From positions 1,744 through 65,743 of the forward strand of contig JAHJML010000138.1 in assembly GCA_018821365.1 (NCBI GenBank): DNA of 64,000 nt, in the 5' to 3' direction. The DNA comes from Actinomycetota bacterium. GTDB lineage: Bacteria > Actinomycetota > Acidimicrobiia > Spongiisociales > UBA11373. A model generated the notes under the pieces. That model did not search any database. It was given only the letters and a program-made list of their open reading frames with translations, and was not told where the DNA came from. Below, one piece after another: positions 18,558 to 28,642 of this stretch. Position 1 is the stretch's first letter. Every line of letters begins with the position of its first letter. The position numbers and the translations under genes are program-made.

Positions 18558-19855
18558 CGACCCATCCCCCGGTAATCGAGCCCGGCGGCGACGGCCGCCG
18601 CCCGGTCGATCATGTTGCGGGCATCGACCACCACCGTGCCGGCCATGACCGCCGCCATCGCGGCGGGGTCCAGCGACCCGAACTCGGGCCACTCGGTGGC
18701 GATCAGGGCCGCATCGGCCTCCCGCAGCGCTTCGAGCGCCGAGCCGACCTGCACCACGCCGGCGAGCCCGCAGCTGGCGGCCGGGTCGTAGGCGGTGACC
18801 GAGGCGCCGGCGGCGATGAGGGCCTCGGCGAGGAGCAGCGCCGGCGACTCGGCGGTGTCGTCGGTGTCCGCCTTGAATGCCAACCCGAGCAGGCCGATGC
18901 GCCGGCCCTTCAAGGGACCGAGGGCGTCGGCGAGCTTGGCGATCACCCGGTCGATCTGCGCCGCATTCACCTCGACCACCGCTTGCAGCAGTCCCAGATC
19001 CAGTCCCCGCTCGATGCCGGTGGCGATCAGTGCCCTGACATCCTTGGGGAAACACGACCCGCCATACCCGGGGCCCGGCCGCAGGAAGTGCGCCCCGATG
19101 CGGGGGTCCAGTCCGAGCCCGGCGACGACGTCGGTGATGTCGGCTCCCACCAGGTCGGCCAGGTTGGCGATCGTGTTGGCGAACGTGACCCGCATGGCGA
19201 GGTACGAGTTGGCGGCGTACTTGGTGAGTTCCGCCGAGGCGGGATCGGTCACCACCACCGCGGTGTCGAAGGGCTCGTGGAGTCGGGCCACCATCTCGGC
19301 GGCGTCCCGGTTCGTCGAGCCGACCACCACCCTGGTGGGCTCCAACACGCCTTCGATCGCTCTCCCCTCCTGGAGGAACTCCGGGTTGATCACCAGGGAT
19401 CCGTGGCAGCCGGCCTCCTCCATCCAGCCCTGGATGCGGCGCCACGATCCCGGCGGCACCGAGGACTTGACCACGACCACCGTCGTGTCGACCGCCACCG
19501 GCGCAATGGATCGGATGGCAGCCGCCACGGCCGACAGATCGGCGGACCCGTCGAGGTCGGCCGGGGTCGGCACCGCCAAGAAGATGGCGGCGGCTCCCTG
19601 AGCCGCCTCGGCATTGGAGGAGTGGAAGGTCAGGAGGCCGCTCGTCACCGCCTCGGCAACGAGCGGATCGAGCCCGGGCTCATGGAACGGCACCCGCCCC
19701 GCTTGCAGGAGAGCGAGTCGGCCCGCGTCGGCCTCGCCCACCCGCACCGTCATCCCGTGGTAGGCGAACCCCACCGCGGTGACCAGTCCGACATGCCCGG
19801 CGCCGAGGACGGCCAGCGGTCCGTCGGCACCTGGGGCTGGATCAGCTGCTTGCAT
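18554..19855 (-). CDS. nucleotide-sugar 6-dehydrogenase (UDP-glucose/GDP-mannose dehydrogenase family)
   Basis: Start at MQAADPAPG...LAVLGAGHVGLV (NAD-binding GxGxVG). It has the catalytic GGSCFPKD cysteine motif and the C-terminal UDP-binding domain. Confidence 0.85.
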   Translation of the reverse strand: MQAADPAPGADGPLAVLGAGHVGLVTAVGFAYHGMTVRVGEADAGRLALLQAGRVPFHEPGLDPLVAEAVTSGLLTFHSSNAEAAQGAAAIFLAVPTPADLDGSADLSAVAAAIRSIAPVAVDTTVVVVKSSVPPGSWRRIQGWMEEAGCHGSLVINPEFLQEGRAIEGVLEPTRVVVGSTNRDAAEMVARLHEPFDTAVVVTDPASAELTKYAANSYLAMRVTFANTIANLADLVGADITDVVAGLGLDPRIGAHFLRPGPGYGGSCFPKDVRALIATGIERGLDLGLLQAVVEVNAAQIDRVIAKLADALGPLKGRRIGLLGLAFKADTDDTAESPALLLAEALIAAGASVTAYDPAASCGLAGVVQVGSALEALREADAALIATEWPEFGSLDPAAMAAVMAGTVVVDARNMIDRAAAVAAGLDYRGMGR

Positions 19856-21146
19856 CGGCACCGACGATAACGACCACATCGACACCATTGGGTGTAGCTC
19901 CGGTAGTCGCCTCGCCGTATCCGAGCAGCGCCACGATCGCGTCGGCCTGCGGGAGCGCTCTGGGGCGGGCCACCACCAGGGTGATCTGGTAGTCGGCGCG
20001 GTCGGAGTCGGACGTGCCCTTGACCTCATAGCCGCCGGCTTCGATGACGGCCGAGACGGCGCTCGCCGAGCCGGGGATGCCGTTGCCGTTCTGCACCTCG
20101 ACCACCGCCGATCCGAGCACCGTCTCCTCGAAGGGGGTCCCATCCCGGAAGGCGGCCAGGGCCTGGGTGGCCTCCGGCTCGCGTTGGATCACATAGGCGA
20201 CGCCGTTCTGTGTCGAGAACTCGATCGGGAGGGTGATGGCGTCGATGTGGGCGGCGTCGACGTTGCGCATCGCCCAGCCCAACTGGATGATGTCGTCGGC
20301 ATCGAGGGAAGGGTCCTTCTGGACGAATCCCCCGAGGGCGTTGACGAGGTCCGTGAACTCGCCGATCGATCCGGGGCGGTCGATCTGGGTGAGCAGCGCC
20401 ATCAGGACATCCTGCTGACGACCGGTCCTGCCGATGTCATCCGCCCGCACGTAGGACCAGGAGCCGTCGCGGAACTCCTGGTACTTGCGGGCCCGCGACA
20501 ACTGGAGGGCCTGCTCGCCGGTCAGCGTGTGCGTCCCCGCCTCGATCGAGAAGCCCGACTTCTTGTCCCGGGCGGGATAGGGGAAGGTCATCTCGATGCC
20601 GCCCACCGCATCGACGATGCCGGCGAACCCGGCGAAGTTGACCTGGAGGTAGTGGTGGATCGGCTCGGGGGTGACGTCCTTGACGGCCTCGAGCAGGCCG
20701 GCGGCCCCGTCGTTGTAGGCGGCGTTGATCCGCTGCCCGGTGCCCTGGTAGGTGACCTTGAGGTCGCGGGGGAGGCTGAGCATCTGGACCCTGCCTTCGG
20801 CGGGCAGCACCTTGACCAGCATGATGACGTCGGCGCGCTGGCCGGAGAAGTTCCCCATGTTGGTGAATTCCTCCGGGACGCCTTCCCGACTGTCGCTGCC
20901 GACGAGCAGGAAGGTGACCGGGTCGTTGACGGCGGGCGGGGTGGCGAGGTGTTCGACCACGTTGCCTTCGACATTGGGAATGGCATCGGCGACCTTGTCG
21001 GCGGCCAGCCAGACGGCGGCCAGGCCACCGAAGACGCCCACGTTGGCCGCGATCAGGACGCCGATGATGGTCCGGCGCACCCAGGGGCGGCGGGTCGACT
21101 CGGGGCGCGGTGGCTCGGGGGGTGGGGTGGGGGTGAGATCAGTCAT
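19842..21146 (-). CDS. LytR-CpsA-Psr (LCP) family cell-wall glycopolymer transferase with C-terminal LytR_C domain
   Basis: It has a cytoplasmic N-terminus, one TM helix and an LCP catalytic domain (FLLVGSDSREG...RADVIMLV...LPRDL). A C-terminal extension follows. Equivalent position to CpsA (Rv3267) in Mtb. Confidence 0.9.
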   Translation of the reverse strand: MTDLTPTPPPEPPRPESTRRPWVRRTIIGVLIAANVGVFGGLAAVWLAADKVADAIPNVEGNVVEHLATPPAVNDPVTFLLVGSDSREGVPEEFTNMGNFSGQRADVIMLVKVLPAEGRVQMLSLPRDLKVTYQGTGQRINAAYNDGAAGLLEAVKDVTPEPIHHYLQVNFAGFAGIVDAVGGIEMTFPYPARDKKSGFSIEAGTHTLTGEQALQLSRARKYQEFRDGSWSYVRADDIGRTGRQQDVLMALLTQIDRPGSIGEFTDLVNALGGFVQKDPSLDADDIIQLGWAMRNVDAAHIDAITLPIEFSTQNGVAYVIQREPEATQALAAFRDGTPFEETVLGSAVVEVQNGNGIPGSASAVSAVIEAGGYEVKGTSDSDRADYQITLVVARPRALPQADAIVALLGYGEATTGATPNGVDVVVIVGADASS

Positions 21147-21209
21147 GAGATCGACCGGAATCCTACAGTGCCGCCGAACTAAGCGATTGCACCGATCCGG
21201 GCCGCTCCG

Positions 21210-21887
21210 TCAGGCCTTGGGACGGACCTCCCCAACCTCTCCGGACCGCAGCACCTCCTCGCCCGCTGATGTGCTCACGACCAGGCCCCCGTCGGCGGCG
21301 ATGCCAGCGGCGGTTCCCGATCCGTCCGGCAGCCAAGTGATCTCCCTGCCGAGGGTGGCGCAGGCGGCTTCGTAGGCGGGGCGGCCCCAGTTCTCCGGAC
21401 CGGCGGCCATCCGGCCCAGCAGGGAGTCCGCCCACTGCTCGGCGATCCATCCCGGCGCATCGATGCCGGGATCGGAGGCGAGGACCGCACCGGCGCCTTC
21501 CATCGGGTCGGGCCACCACAGGTTGATGCCGATGCCCACGGTCACCACTCCCCCTTCGGCCTCGGCCAGGATGCCGCCAACCTTGCGGCCGTCCATGACG
21601 AGGTCGTTGGGCCACTTGAGCAGCACGGCATCGCCCACCGCTTCCCGGGCGGCCAGGCCGGCGATCAGGGGGATCACCCCAAAGGCGGCCACGGGCCATC
21701 CCGGCGCCAAGCACAGCGAAGCGGCGACCGCCCGGGGCGCGTCGACCCACGAGCGGCCCAGCCTGCCCCGGCCCGCCGTCTGCCGTTGGGCAGTGACCAA
21801 GACCGGCGATCCGTCGAAGCGGGAGCGGGCTTCGCGCTGGGTGCTGGCGACGGTGCCCAGTTCTACGAGGACGTAAGGTGTAGCCAA
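21210..21887 (-). CDS. birA: biotin-[acetyl-CoA-carboxylase] ligase
   Basis: 225 aa with the class I BirA catalytic motif QTAGRGRLGRSW and the KWPNDL block. The N-terminal HTH domain is absent (group I). Confidence 0.85.
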   Translation of the reverse strand: MATPYVLVELGTVASTQREARSRFDGSPVLVTAQRQTAGRGRLGRSWVDAPRAVAASLCLAPGWPVAAFGVIPLIAGLAAREAVGDAVLLKWPNDLVMDGRKVGGILAEAEGGVVTVGIGINLWWPDPMEGAGAVLASDPGIDAPGWIAEQWADSLLGRMAAGPENWGRPAYEAACATLGREITWLPDGSGTAAGIAADGGLVVSTSAGEEVLRSGEVGEVRPKA

Positions 21888-21936
21888 TCGGGGTCCCCCC
21901 GAGGTCGAAGAACCCAGAGGCTAACCCGGGATCAGC

Positions 21937-23487
21937 GTGAGCACCGAAGAGCACATCGAGCGCCTGCGGGTGCTGCGCGACCAGGCCGAGCACGCCGGGA
22001 GCCAGCGCGCCATCGACAAGCAGCACGAGGCGGGCAAGATGACCGCCCGCGAGCGCATCGGCGCCTTTCTCGACAAGGGATCGTTCGTCGAACTGGACAA
22101 GTTCGCCCGCCACCAGGCATCCGGCTTCGGCATCGAGAACCAGCGCCCCCACGGCGATGCGGTGGTGACCGGATGGGGAACCGTCGACGGGAGGACCGTC
22201 TTCGTGTTCGCCGAGGACTTCACCGTGTTCGGCGGCAGCCTCGGCAGAGTGGTCGGCGACAAGGTCTGCAAGGTGATGGACCTGGCCATGCAGACCGGGG
22301 CACCCCTGGTGGGGCTCAAGGATTCGGGAGGAGCCCGCATTCAGGAGGGGGTGGAGTCGCTCGACAGCTACGGGCACATCTTCTCTCGCAACGTCAAGGC
22401 ATCCGGTGTCATCCCGCAGGTCTCGGTGATCATGGGGCCCTGCGCCGGGGGGGCAGTGTACTCGCCCGCCATGACCGACTTCGTGTACCAGGTGGACGGG
22501 CAGAGCCACCTCTTCATCACCGGACCCGATGTCATCAAGACGGTCACCGGTGAGGAGGTCACCTTCGACGAGCTGGGCGGTGCCAAGCCCCACGGCACGG
22601 TCTCGGGCGTCACCCACTTCGTCAGCGTCGACGAGCGCCACGCTCTCGAAGAGGTCCGCTACCTGCTGTCGTTCCTCCCCACCAACAACCTGGAGGCCCC
22701 CCCGTTCTTCACTCCGGCAGACCGCCCGGATCGGATGGCGGAGGAACTCACCACGATCATCCCCGACTCCCCCAACCAGCCATACGACATGGTGCGGCTC
22801 GTGGAGCAGGTGGTCGATGACGGTGAGTTCTACGAGGTGCATCAGCACTTCGCCAAGAACATCGTGGTCGGCCTCGCCCGCCTCGACGGCTACACGGTGG
22901 GCATCGTCGGCAACCAACCCGCCGCGTTGGCCGGTACGCTCGACATCGATGCCTCGGCCAAGGCAGCCCGCTTCGTCCGGTTCTGCGACGCCTTCAACAT
23001 CCCCCTGGTCACCTTCGTGGACGTGCCGGGATTCCTGCCGGGTGTCGACCAGGAACACGGGGGCATCATCCGCCACGGTGCCAAGTTGTTGTACGCGTTC
23101 TGCGAGGCGACCGTGCCCCGCCTCACCATCATCACCCGCAAGGCGTACGGGGGCGCCTATGTGGTGATGAACAGCCGCTCGGTGGGCGCCGACGTGGTGT
23201 TCGCCTGGCCGACCGCCCAGATCGCCGTGATGGGCGCCCAGGGCGCCGTCAACATCATCCACCGCCGCGCCCTCGCCGAGGCCGACGATCCCGAGGCGGT
23301 GCGGGCCGATCTGGTGGCCGAGTACGACGAGCGGTTCAGCAACCCCTACGTCGCCGCCGAACTCGGTCTGGTGGACGAGGTGATCGAACCCCGCGAGACC
23401 CGGCCCCGGCTGATCCAGGCGATGGAGATGCTGCGGACCAAGCGGAGCCAGATGCCCCCCAAGAAGCATGGGAACATCCCGCTATGA
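21937..23487 (+). CDS. acyl-CoA carboxylase carboxyltransferase (beta) subunit (propionyl-/acetyl-CoA carboxylase)
   Basis: 516 aa, full-length AccD5/PccB-like, with two crotonase-fold carboxyltransferase domains and GGS/GGA oxyanion motifs. Confidence 0.9.
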   Translation: MSTEEHIERLRVLRDQAEHAGSQRAIDKQHEAGKMTARERIGAFLDKGSFVELDKFARHQASGFGIENQRPHGDAVVTGWGTVDGRTVFVFAEDFTVFGGSLGRVVGDKVCKVMDLAMQTGAPLVGLKDSGGARIQEGVESLDSYGHIFSRNVKASGVIPQVSVIMGPCAGGAVYSPAMTDFVYQVDGQSHLFITGPDVIKTVTGEEVTFDELGGAKPHGTVSGVTHFVSVDERHALEEVRYLLSFLPTNNLEAPPFFTPADRPDRMAEELTTIIPDSPNQPYDMVRLVEQVVDDGEFYEVHQHFAKNIVVGLARLDGYTVGIVGNQPAALAGTLDIDASAKAARFVRFCDAFNIPLVTFVDVPGFLPGVDQEHGGIIRHGAKLLYAFCEATVPRLTIITRKAYGGAYVVMNSRSVGADVVFAWPTAQIAVMGAQGAVNIIHRRALAEADDPEAVRADLVAEYDERFSNPYVAAELGLVDEVIEPRETRPRLIQAMEMLRTKRSQMPPKKHGNIPL

Positions 23488-25244
23488 GGACGATGGATTC
23501 GGTCCTGATCGCCAACCGTGGTGAGATCGCCGTGCGGGTGGTGCGGGCCGCCCGGGAGTTGGGCCTGCGCACCATTGCGGTCTATTCGGAGCTCGACAGG
23601 GACGCACTGCACGTCCAGTTGGCCGATGAGGCATGGAACATCGGCCCGGCTCCGGCCGCCGACTCCTACCTGAACATCGATGCGATCCTCCGGGTCGCCG
23701 GGGAGTCGCACGCTCATGCGATCCACCCCGGCTACGGGTTCCTGGCCGAGAACGCCGCCTTCGCCCAAAGGGTGATCGATGCCGGGTTGATCTGGGTGGG
23801 GCCCTCCCCGGATGCCATCACCCTGATGGGCGACAAGATCACCTCGAGGCGGGCGGTCGAGAAGGCCGGCGTGGCCGGGGTTCCCGGCACCCTCGACCCG
23901 CTCGGGTCGGTCGAAGAGGTCGAGGCGGCCGCCGCCGCCTTCGGCTTGCCGATCGCCGTGAAGGCCGCCCACGGCGGCGGCGGGAAGGGCCTCCGGGTCG
24001 TCTACCACGAGGCCGACCTGGCGGCGGCGTTCGAGGCGGCCCGCCGGGAGGCCGACGCCTACTTCTCCAACCCCGAGGTCTACGTCGAGAAGTACCTGGA
24101 GCATCCCCGCCACATCGAGGCACAGATCATCGTCGACCAGCACGGCACCGGCGTCTTCCTCGGCGAGCGGGATTGCTCGCTGCAGCGGCGTCATCAGAAG
24201 CTGATCGAGGAGACCCCGTCGCCCATCATCAGCCCGCAACAGCGGAAGCGAATCGGCGAAGCGGCGCTCAAGGTGGCCGCCGCCGCCCGCTACGAGAACG
24301 CCGGCACCGTCGAGTTCCTGCTCGACTCCAAGGGTGACTTCTACTTCCTGGAGATGAACACCCGTCTGCAGGTCGAACACACCATCACCGAGATGGTCAC
24401 CGGGATCGATCTCGCCAAGGAGCAACTGCGGGTCGCCCGTGGTGAGGCGTTGTCGTTCCGCTCGGTGGAGGGGCGGGGACACGCCATCGAATTCAGGATC
24501 AACGCCGAGGACCCCGCCAAGGGCTTCCTCCCCAGCCCGGGCGACATCGTCGAGTACCGCGAGCCGGGCGGCCCCGGCGTCAGGGTCGACAGCGGCGTCC
24601 AGGCGGGATCCGCCATCAGCCAGTACTACGACAACCTGATCGCCAAGCTGGTGGTGTGGGGCCGGGACCGCAACGAGGCAATCGAGCGATCCCGCCGGGC
24701 CCTCGCCGAGTTCACCATCACCGGGGTGGCCACCACCATCCCCTTCCACGTCTTCGCCCTCGACAACCCGGCGTTCATCGAGGGCCGCCATCACACCAAG
24801 TCGGTCGAAGAGGACATGGACCTCACCCACCTGCAGCAGCCGGCCGCCCCGCTCCTTCCCGAGGAAGAGGAGATGGCCCGCCGCAGCATGACCGTCGAGG
24901 TCGGGGGCCGCCGCTACGAGGTCAACCTGTGGGCCCAGGAGTTGCCCGCCGGCGTTGCTCCGGGAGGTGCCCGCCCCGGTCCCCGCCGCCGGCCCCCCAA
25001 GCTGTCGGCGGCGCCGGCCGCCGTCTCCGACGAGGGCGTGGTCACCGCCCCGATGCAGGGCACCATCGTCAAGGTGCACCATCGGGCGGGAGAGGCCGTC
25101 GCGGCCGGGAACCCGCTGTTCATTCTCGAGGCGATGAAGATGGAGAACGAGATCCGCTCCCCGGCCGACGGCGAGATCGTCGACCTGCGAGTGGAGGCCG
25201 GCGACAAGGTTGCGGTCGGCCAGGTGCTGGCGATCGTCCGCTGA
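23484..25244 (+). CDS. acyl-CoA carboxylase alpha subunit (biotin carboxylase plus biotin carboxyl carrier domains)
   Basis: 586 aa. It has an N-terminal biotin carboxylase (ATP-grasp, [11 protein letters not shown]) and a C-terminal BCCP domain with the biotinyl-lysine motif EAMKMEN. ATGA overlap with the beta subunit. Confidence 0.9.
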   Translation: MRTMDSVLIANRGEIAVRVVRAARELGLRTIAVYSELDRDALHVQLADEAWNIGPAPAADSYLNIDAILRVAGESHAHAIHPGYGFLAENAAFAQRVIDAGLIWVGPSPDAITLMGDKITSRRAVEKAGVAGVPGTLDPLGSVEEVEAAAAAFGLPIAVKAAHGGGGKGLRVVYHEADLAAAFEAARREADAYFSNPEVYVEKYLEHPRHIEAQIIVDQHGTGVFLGERDCSLQRRHQKLIEETPSPIISPQQRKRIGEAALKVAAAARYENAGTVEFLLDSKGDFYFLEMNTRLQVEHTITEMVTGIDLAKEQLRVARGEALSFRSVEGRGHAIEFRINAEDPAKGFLPSPGDIVEYREPGGPGVRVDSGVQAGSAISQYYDNLIAKLVVWGRDRNEAIERSRRALAEFTITGVATTIPFHVFALDNPAFIEGRHHTKSVEEDMDLTHLQQPAAPLLPEEEEMARRSMTVEVGGRRYEVNLWAQELPAGVAPGGARPGPRRRPPKLSAAPAAVSDEGVVTAPMQGTIVKVHHRAGEAVAAGNPLFILEAMKMENEIRSPADGEIVDLRVEAGDKVAVGQVLAIVR

Positions 25245-25303
25245 GGGCCGGAGTCCCCCGGCCGGCGGTTCCGGCGGTCCCGATCCGGCTTCCCGGAGAC
25301 CCC

Positions 25304-25317
25304 CTATCATTCGATAG
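25304..25317. promoter_or_regulatory. short palindrome (ctatc-attc-gatag) 12 bp upstream of the tetR start; candidate TetR operator
   Basis: Inverted repeat CTATC(N4)GATAG immediately before the GAGGAG RBS and ATG of the TetR gene at 25329. Confidence 0.3.
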
Positions 25318-25328
25318 AGGAGTTCCCG

Positions 25329-25979
25329 ATGCCGCCATCACCCGTCCCCGACGAACCGCTCTCGACGCGCCAGAGGATCCTGCAGGCCGCCGCCGCCCAG
25401 TTCGCCCGCCGCGGTTTCCACGGCACTTCGACCCGCGACATCGCCGCCGAGGTCGGGATCCGGCAACCATCGCTGTTCCACCACTTCACGACCAAACAGG
25501 CGATGCTGGCCGAACTCCTCGACCGCGATCTGCAGCCGGCACTCGAGCGGATCCGGCGCCATCGGGGGGCCAATCCGGCGGTTCGCCTGTACGCCTATCT
25601 GGTCGAGGACGTCGCCGCCCTGGTCGCCAGTCCCTTCGACGTGCGGGGCCTCTACAACGACGCCGTGCTGGAGGACCCGTCCCTGATCGAACAGCGCCGG
25701 GCACGGGAAGCGCTGCATGCCGAGATGAGGAGTCTGGTCACCGACGGGATCGCCGCAGGCGAGTTCCGCGCCTGCGACCCCGAGGTCGCCCGCCAGATGA
25801 TGACCGGGATGCTGCTCGACACGATCTGGGCGGCGGGCGTCCCCGCCGACCTGGACGTCGGGGGCCGTGCCAAGGAGGTGGCCGACTTCGTGCTTCGCGG
25901 GCTCCTCAGCGATCGTGGCCACGTCGCCCTGGTGGAACGGGAGGCGATGGCGCTGGCAACCCGTCCCGGCCGGGGCTGA
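25329..25979 (+). CDS. TetR family transcriptional regulator
   Basis: 216 aa with an N-terminal TetR HTH (RQRILQAAAAQFARRGFHGTSTRDIAAEVGIRQPSLFHHF). Confidence 0.85.
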   Translation: MPPSPVPDEPLSTRQRILQAAAAQFARRGFHGTSTRDIAAEVGIRQPSLFHHFTTKQAMLAELLDRDLQPALERIRRHRGANPAVRLYAYLVEDVAALVASPFDVRGLYNDAVLEDPSLIEQRRAREALHAEMRSLVTDGIAAGEFRACDPEVARQMMTGMLLDTIWAAGVPADLDVGGRAKEVADFVLRGLLSDRGHVALVEREAMALATRPGRG

Positions 25980-25998
25980 TCACGCCCGCCGGGCGGCC

Positions 25999-27231
25999 TC
26001 AGGCGGCGAAGACCTTCCTCATTGCCGCCAGCATGACGTCGATCTGCTCGTCGGTGATCACCAGCGGCGGGCACATCGACAGGTGGACCGGGGCGATCGG
26101 CCTCACGATGACGCCCTCCCCCAGGAGCGCGTCCCGGGCTTCCACCACGCTGCGCTCGGCCGGGAGCGAGATCCCCCACACCGCCCCTTCACCCCGCACA
26201 TCGGTGAGCAGGCCGTCCGATTGCATGGCCCGGAGACCGGCCTCCAGGCGGCCCCCGATCACCCGGGCGCGATCGAGCAGTCCCTCCCGCTCCTGGATCT
26301 CGATGGCCTTGAGGGCGGCCGCGCACGCCAACGGGTGCCCTGAGTAGGTGAAGCCGGTCCTCAGCAGGAACCCCTCGTTGGCTTCGAGTGCGGCTCGCAC
26401 CGCCGGCCCGACGATCACACCCGACAACGGGACGTACCCACTGGTCACCGCCTTCGCAAAGACGATCATGTCGGGCGTCACCCCGTAGAACTGACTGCCG
26501 AACCAGGTCCCGAGCCGCCCGAAACCGGTGATGACCTCGTCGTGGATCAGGTAGGCGCCGTAGGCATCGCACAGGTCCGCCAGATGCTCGAGATAGCCGG
26601 GCGGCGGCGGCCAGACGCCACCGGCACCCTGCAGCGGTTCGGTGATGATGGCGGCGATCTCGTCACCGTGGTCGGCGAACACCTGCTTCATGGCCTCTTC
26701 GTCATCGGCGCTCACGTTGATGACGCCGGGGACCAGCGATCCCCAGCCTTCCCGGTTGGGAGCGATGCCCTGCACCGAGGTCCCCCCGTAGTTGGTGCCG
26801 TGGTACCCGCGCTCGCGGCTGACGATGATCTGCCGCTCCGGGTGGCCCGCCTCGCGCTGGGCGATCCGCGCCAACTTCATGGCGGTGTCCACCGCCTCGG
26901 AACCGGAGGACCCCATGAACACCCTGGCATCCGCCAAGGGGGACAGTTCGACGATCCTGGCCGCCGCCTCCTCGGCCCTCGGGGTGGTGTACGGGTCGAA
27001 CGTGTGATAGGCCGCCAGGGTCCTCGCCTGCTCGGCGATCGCATCGGCCATCTCCTCCCGACCGTGGCCGATGTTGACGTACCACAGCGAAGCCATGCCG
27101 TCGATGTACTCCTTACCGGTGTCGTCCCAGACCACCGCCCCCTTTCCTCCGACGATCGAGAGGAAGTCCTGTTTGCGGGGCGGGGTGAATGGGTGCAAGA
27201 AGGGGCTGAGCATGGTGCCTCCCAGTGGCAC
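25999..27231 (-). CDS. class III (omega-type) PLP-dependent aminotransferase
   Basis: 410 aa (...SGSEAVDTAMKLAR..., DEVITGFGRLG, FAKAVTSGYVPL with the PLP lysine). Substrate not assignable. Confidence 0.85.
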   Translation of the reverse strand: MPLGGTMLSPFLHPFTPPRKQDFLSIVGGKGAVVWDDTGKEYIDGMASLWYVNIGHGREEMADAIAEQARTLAAYHTFDPYTTPRAEEAAARIVELSPLADARVFMGSSGSEAVDTAMKLARIAQREAGHPERQIIVSRERGYHGTNYGGTSVQGIAPNREGWGSLVPGVINVSADDEEAMKQVFADHGDEIAAIITEPLQGAGGVWPPPPGYLEHLADLCDAYGAYLIHDEVITGFGRLGTWFGSQFYGVTPDMIVFAKAVTSGYVPLSGVIVGPAVRAALEANEGFLLRTGFTYSGHPLACAAALKAIEIQEREGLLDRARVIGGRLEAGLRAMQSDGLLTDVRGEGAVWGISLPAERSVVEARDALLGEGVIVRPIAPVHLSMCPPLVITDEQIDVMLAAMRKVFAA

Positions 27232-27301
27232 TACCTATCGGTTGATAGGTAGTGTAGGTACGGGCATTGAGGCCCTGACGCTACACGGATGGAGGACCAG
27301 G

Positions 27302-28642
27302 GTGGCCAGACGTCGGGTGATCATCATCGGGGCCGCCGGCCGCGACTTCCACAACTTCAACACCCGGTACCGGGACGACCCGACCACCGATGTGGTGGCC
27401 TTCACCGCCGCCCAGATCCCCGACATCGACGGTCGGCGCTACCCCGCAGAACTGGCCGGGCCGCTCTACCCCGACGGCATCCCGATCTTCTCGCAGGACG
27501 AGCTCCCGGCGCTCATCACCGAACTCGCCGTGAACGAGTGCGCCTTCTCCTACAGCGACGTCCCCTACGCCTATGTGATGGGCCTGTCGGCGATCGTCCA
27601 GGCGGCCGGGGCCGGCTTCCTGCTGCTCGGGCCCGCTGAGACCCAGATCGAGAGCACCAAGCCGGTCATCTCGGTCTGCGCGGTGCGCACCGGCAGCGGC
27701 AAGAGCCAGACCTCCCGCAAGGTCGTGGAGACCCTCATGGCGGGGGACATCCGGGTGGTGGCGATCCGGCATCCCATGCCCTACGGCGACCTGGTCAAGC
27801 AGAGGGTGCAACGGTTCGCAGCCATCGAAGACCTCGCTCTCCACCAGTGCACCATCGAGGAGATGGAGGAGTACGAGCCGCACATCGTGCGCGGCAACGT
27901 CATCTACGCCGGGGTCGACTACGAGGCGATCATCCGGGCCGCCGAGAACGACCCCGGCGGCTGCGACGTGATCGTATGGGACGGTGGCAACAACGACTTC
28001 CCGTTCTACCAACCGGACCTCAGCATCACCGTCGTCGACCCGCATCGTCCCGGCCACGAACTCTCCTACTACCCGGGCGAAGTCAACCTGCGAACGGCCG
28101 ACGTCATCGTGATCAACAAGATGGACTCGGCACCTGCAGCGGGCATCGCCCAGGTGAAGGCCAACATTGCCGCCGCCAACCCAGCCGCCATCGTCGTCGA
28201 GGCCGATTCGGCACTGACGGTGGCCGATCCGTCGATCATCAAGGGCAAGCGGGTGCTCGTCATCGAAGACGGGCCGACCCTCACCCACGGCGAGATGAAG
28301 ATCGGGGCGGGCGCCGTCGCCGCCGAGCGGGCCGGGGCCGCCGAGTTGGTCGACCCGCGGCCCTATTTGGTGGGCAGGCTCAAGGAGACCTTCGCGTCCT
28401 ACCCGGGCATCGGGACGATCCTCCCGGCCATGGGCTACGGAGAGCAGCAACTGAAGGATCTCGAGGCCACCATCAACGCCACCGACTGCGACGCCGTGGT
28501 GATCGGGACCCCGATCGACCTGGCCCGGATCGTCCACATCGACAAGCCGGCCACCCGGGTCACCTACGACCTGGCCGAGCGGGGCGAGCCGAACCTGGCC
28601 GGGATTCTCGGCGACTTCGTGTCGCAACACGGACTGGGCTAA
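27302..28642 (+). CDS. COG2403-type P-loop protein (cyclic 2,3-diphosphoglycerate synthetase-like)
   Basis: GTG start proposed (MARRRVIIIGAAGRDFHNF). It has an N-terminal Rossmann-like domain and a central P-loop VISVCAVRTGSGKSQTS. Its overall length and organisation resemble the archaeal cpgS/COG2403 family. The assignment is tentative. Confidence 0.45.
   Translation: MARRRVIIIGAAGRDFHNFNTRYRDDPTTDVVAFTAAQIPDIDGRRYPAELAGPLYPDGIPIFSQDELPALITELAVNECAFSYSDVPYAYVMGLSAIVQAAGAGFLLLGPAETQIESTKPVISVCAVRTGSGKSQTSRKVVETLMAGDIRVVAIRHPMPYGDLVKQRVQRFAAIEDLALHQCTIEEMEEYEPHIVRGNVIYAGVDYEAIIRAAENDPGGCDVIVWDGGNNDFPFYQPDLSITVVDPHRPGHELSYYPGEVNLRTADVIVINKMDSAPAAGIAQVKANIAAANPAAIVVEADSALTVADPSIIKGKRVLVIEDGPTLTHGEMKIGAGAVAAERAGAAELVDPRPYLVGRLKETFASYPGIGTILPAMGYGEQQLKDLEATINATDCDAVVIGTPIDLARIVHIDKPATRVTYDLAERGEPNLAGILGDFVSQHGLG

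Noticed and set aside
18558-19445. Upstream extension of the 17517..19445 ORF
   Set aside because: ManC-like protein starts at MKLRQAVLLVGGRGTR (ATG 18557, ATGA-coupled to the dehydrogenase stop). The extension is antisense low-complexity sequence.
21163-23469. 768 aa minus-strand ORF
   Set aside because: Antisense to the well-supported acyl-CoA carboxylase beta-subunit gene. Composition RGxG-rich, no domain-like pattern.
23346-25310. 654 aa minus-strand ORF
   Set aside because: Antisense to the accA-like biotin carboxylase/BCCP gene. Low-complexity.
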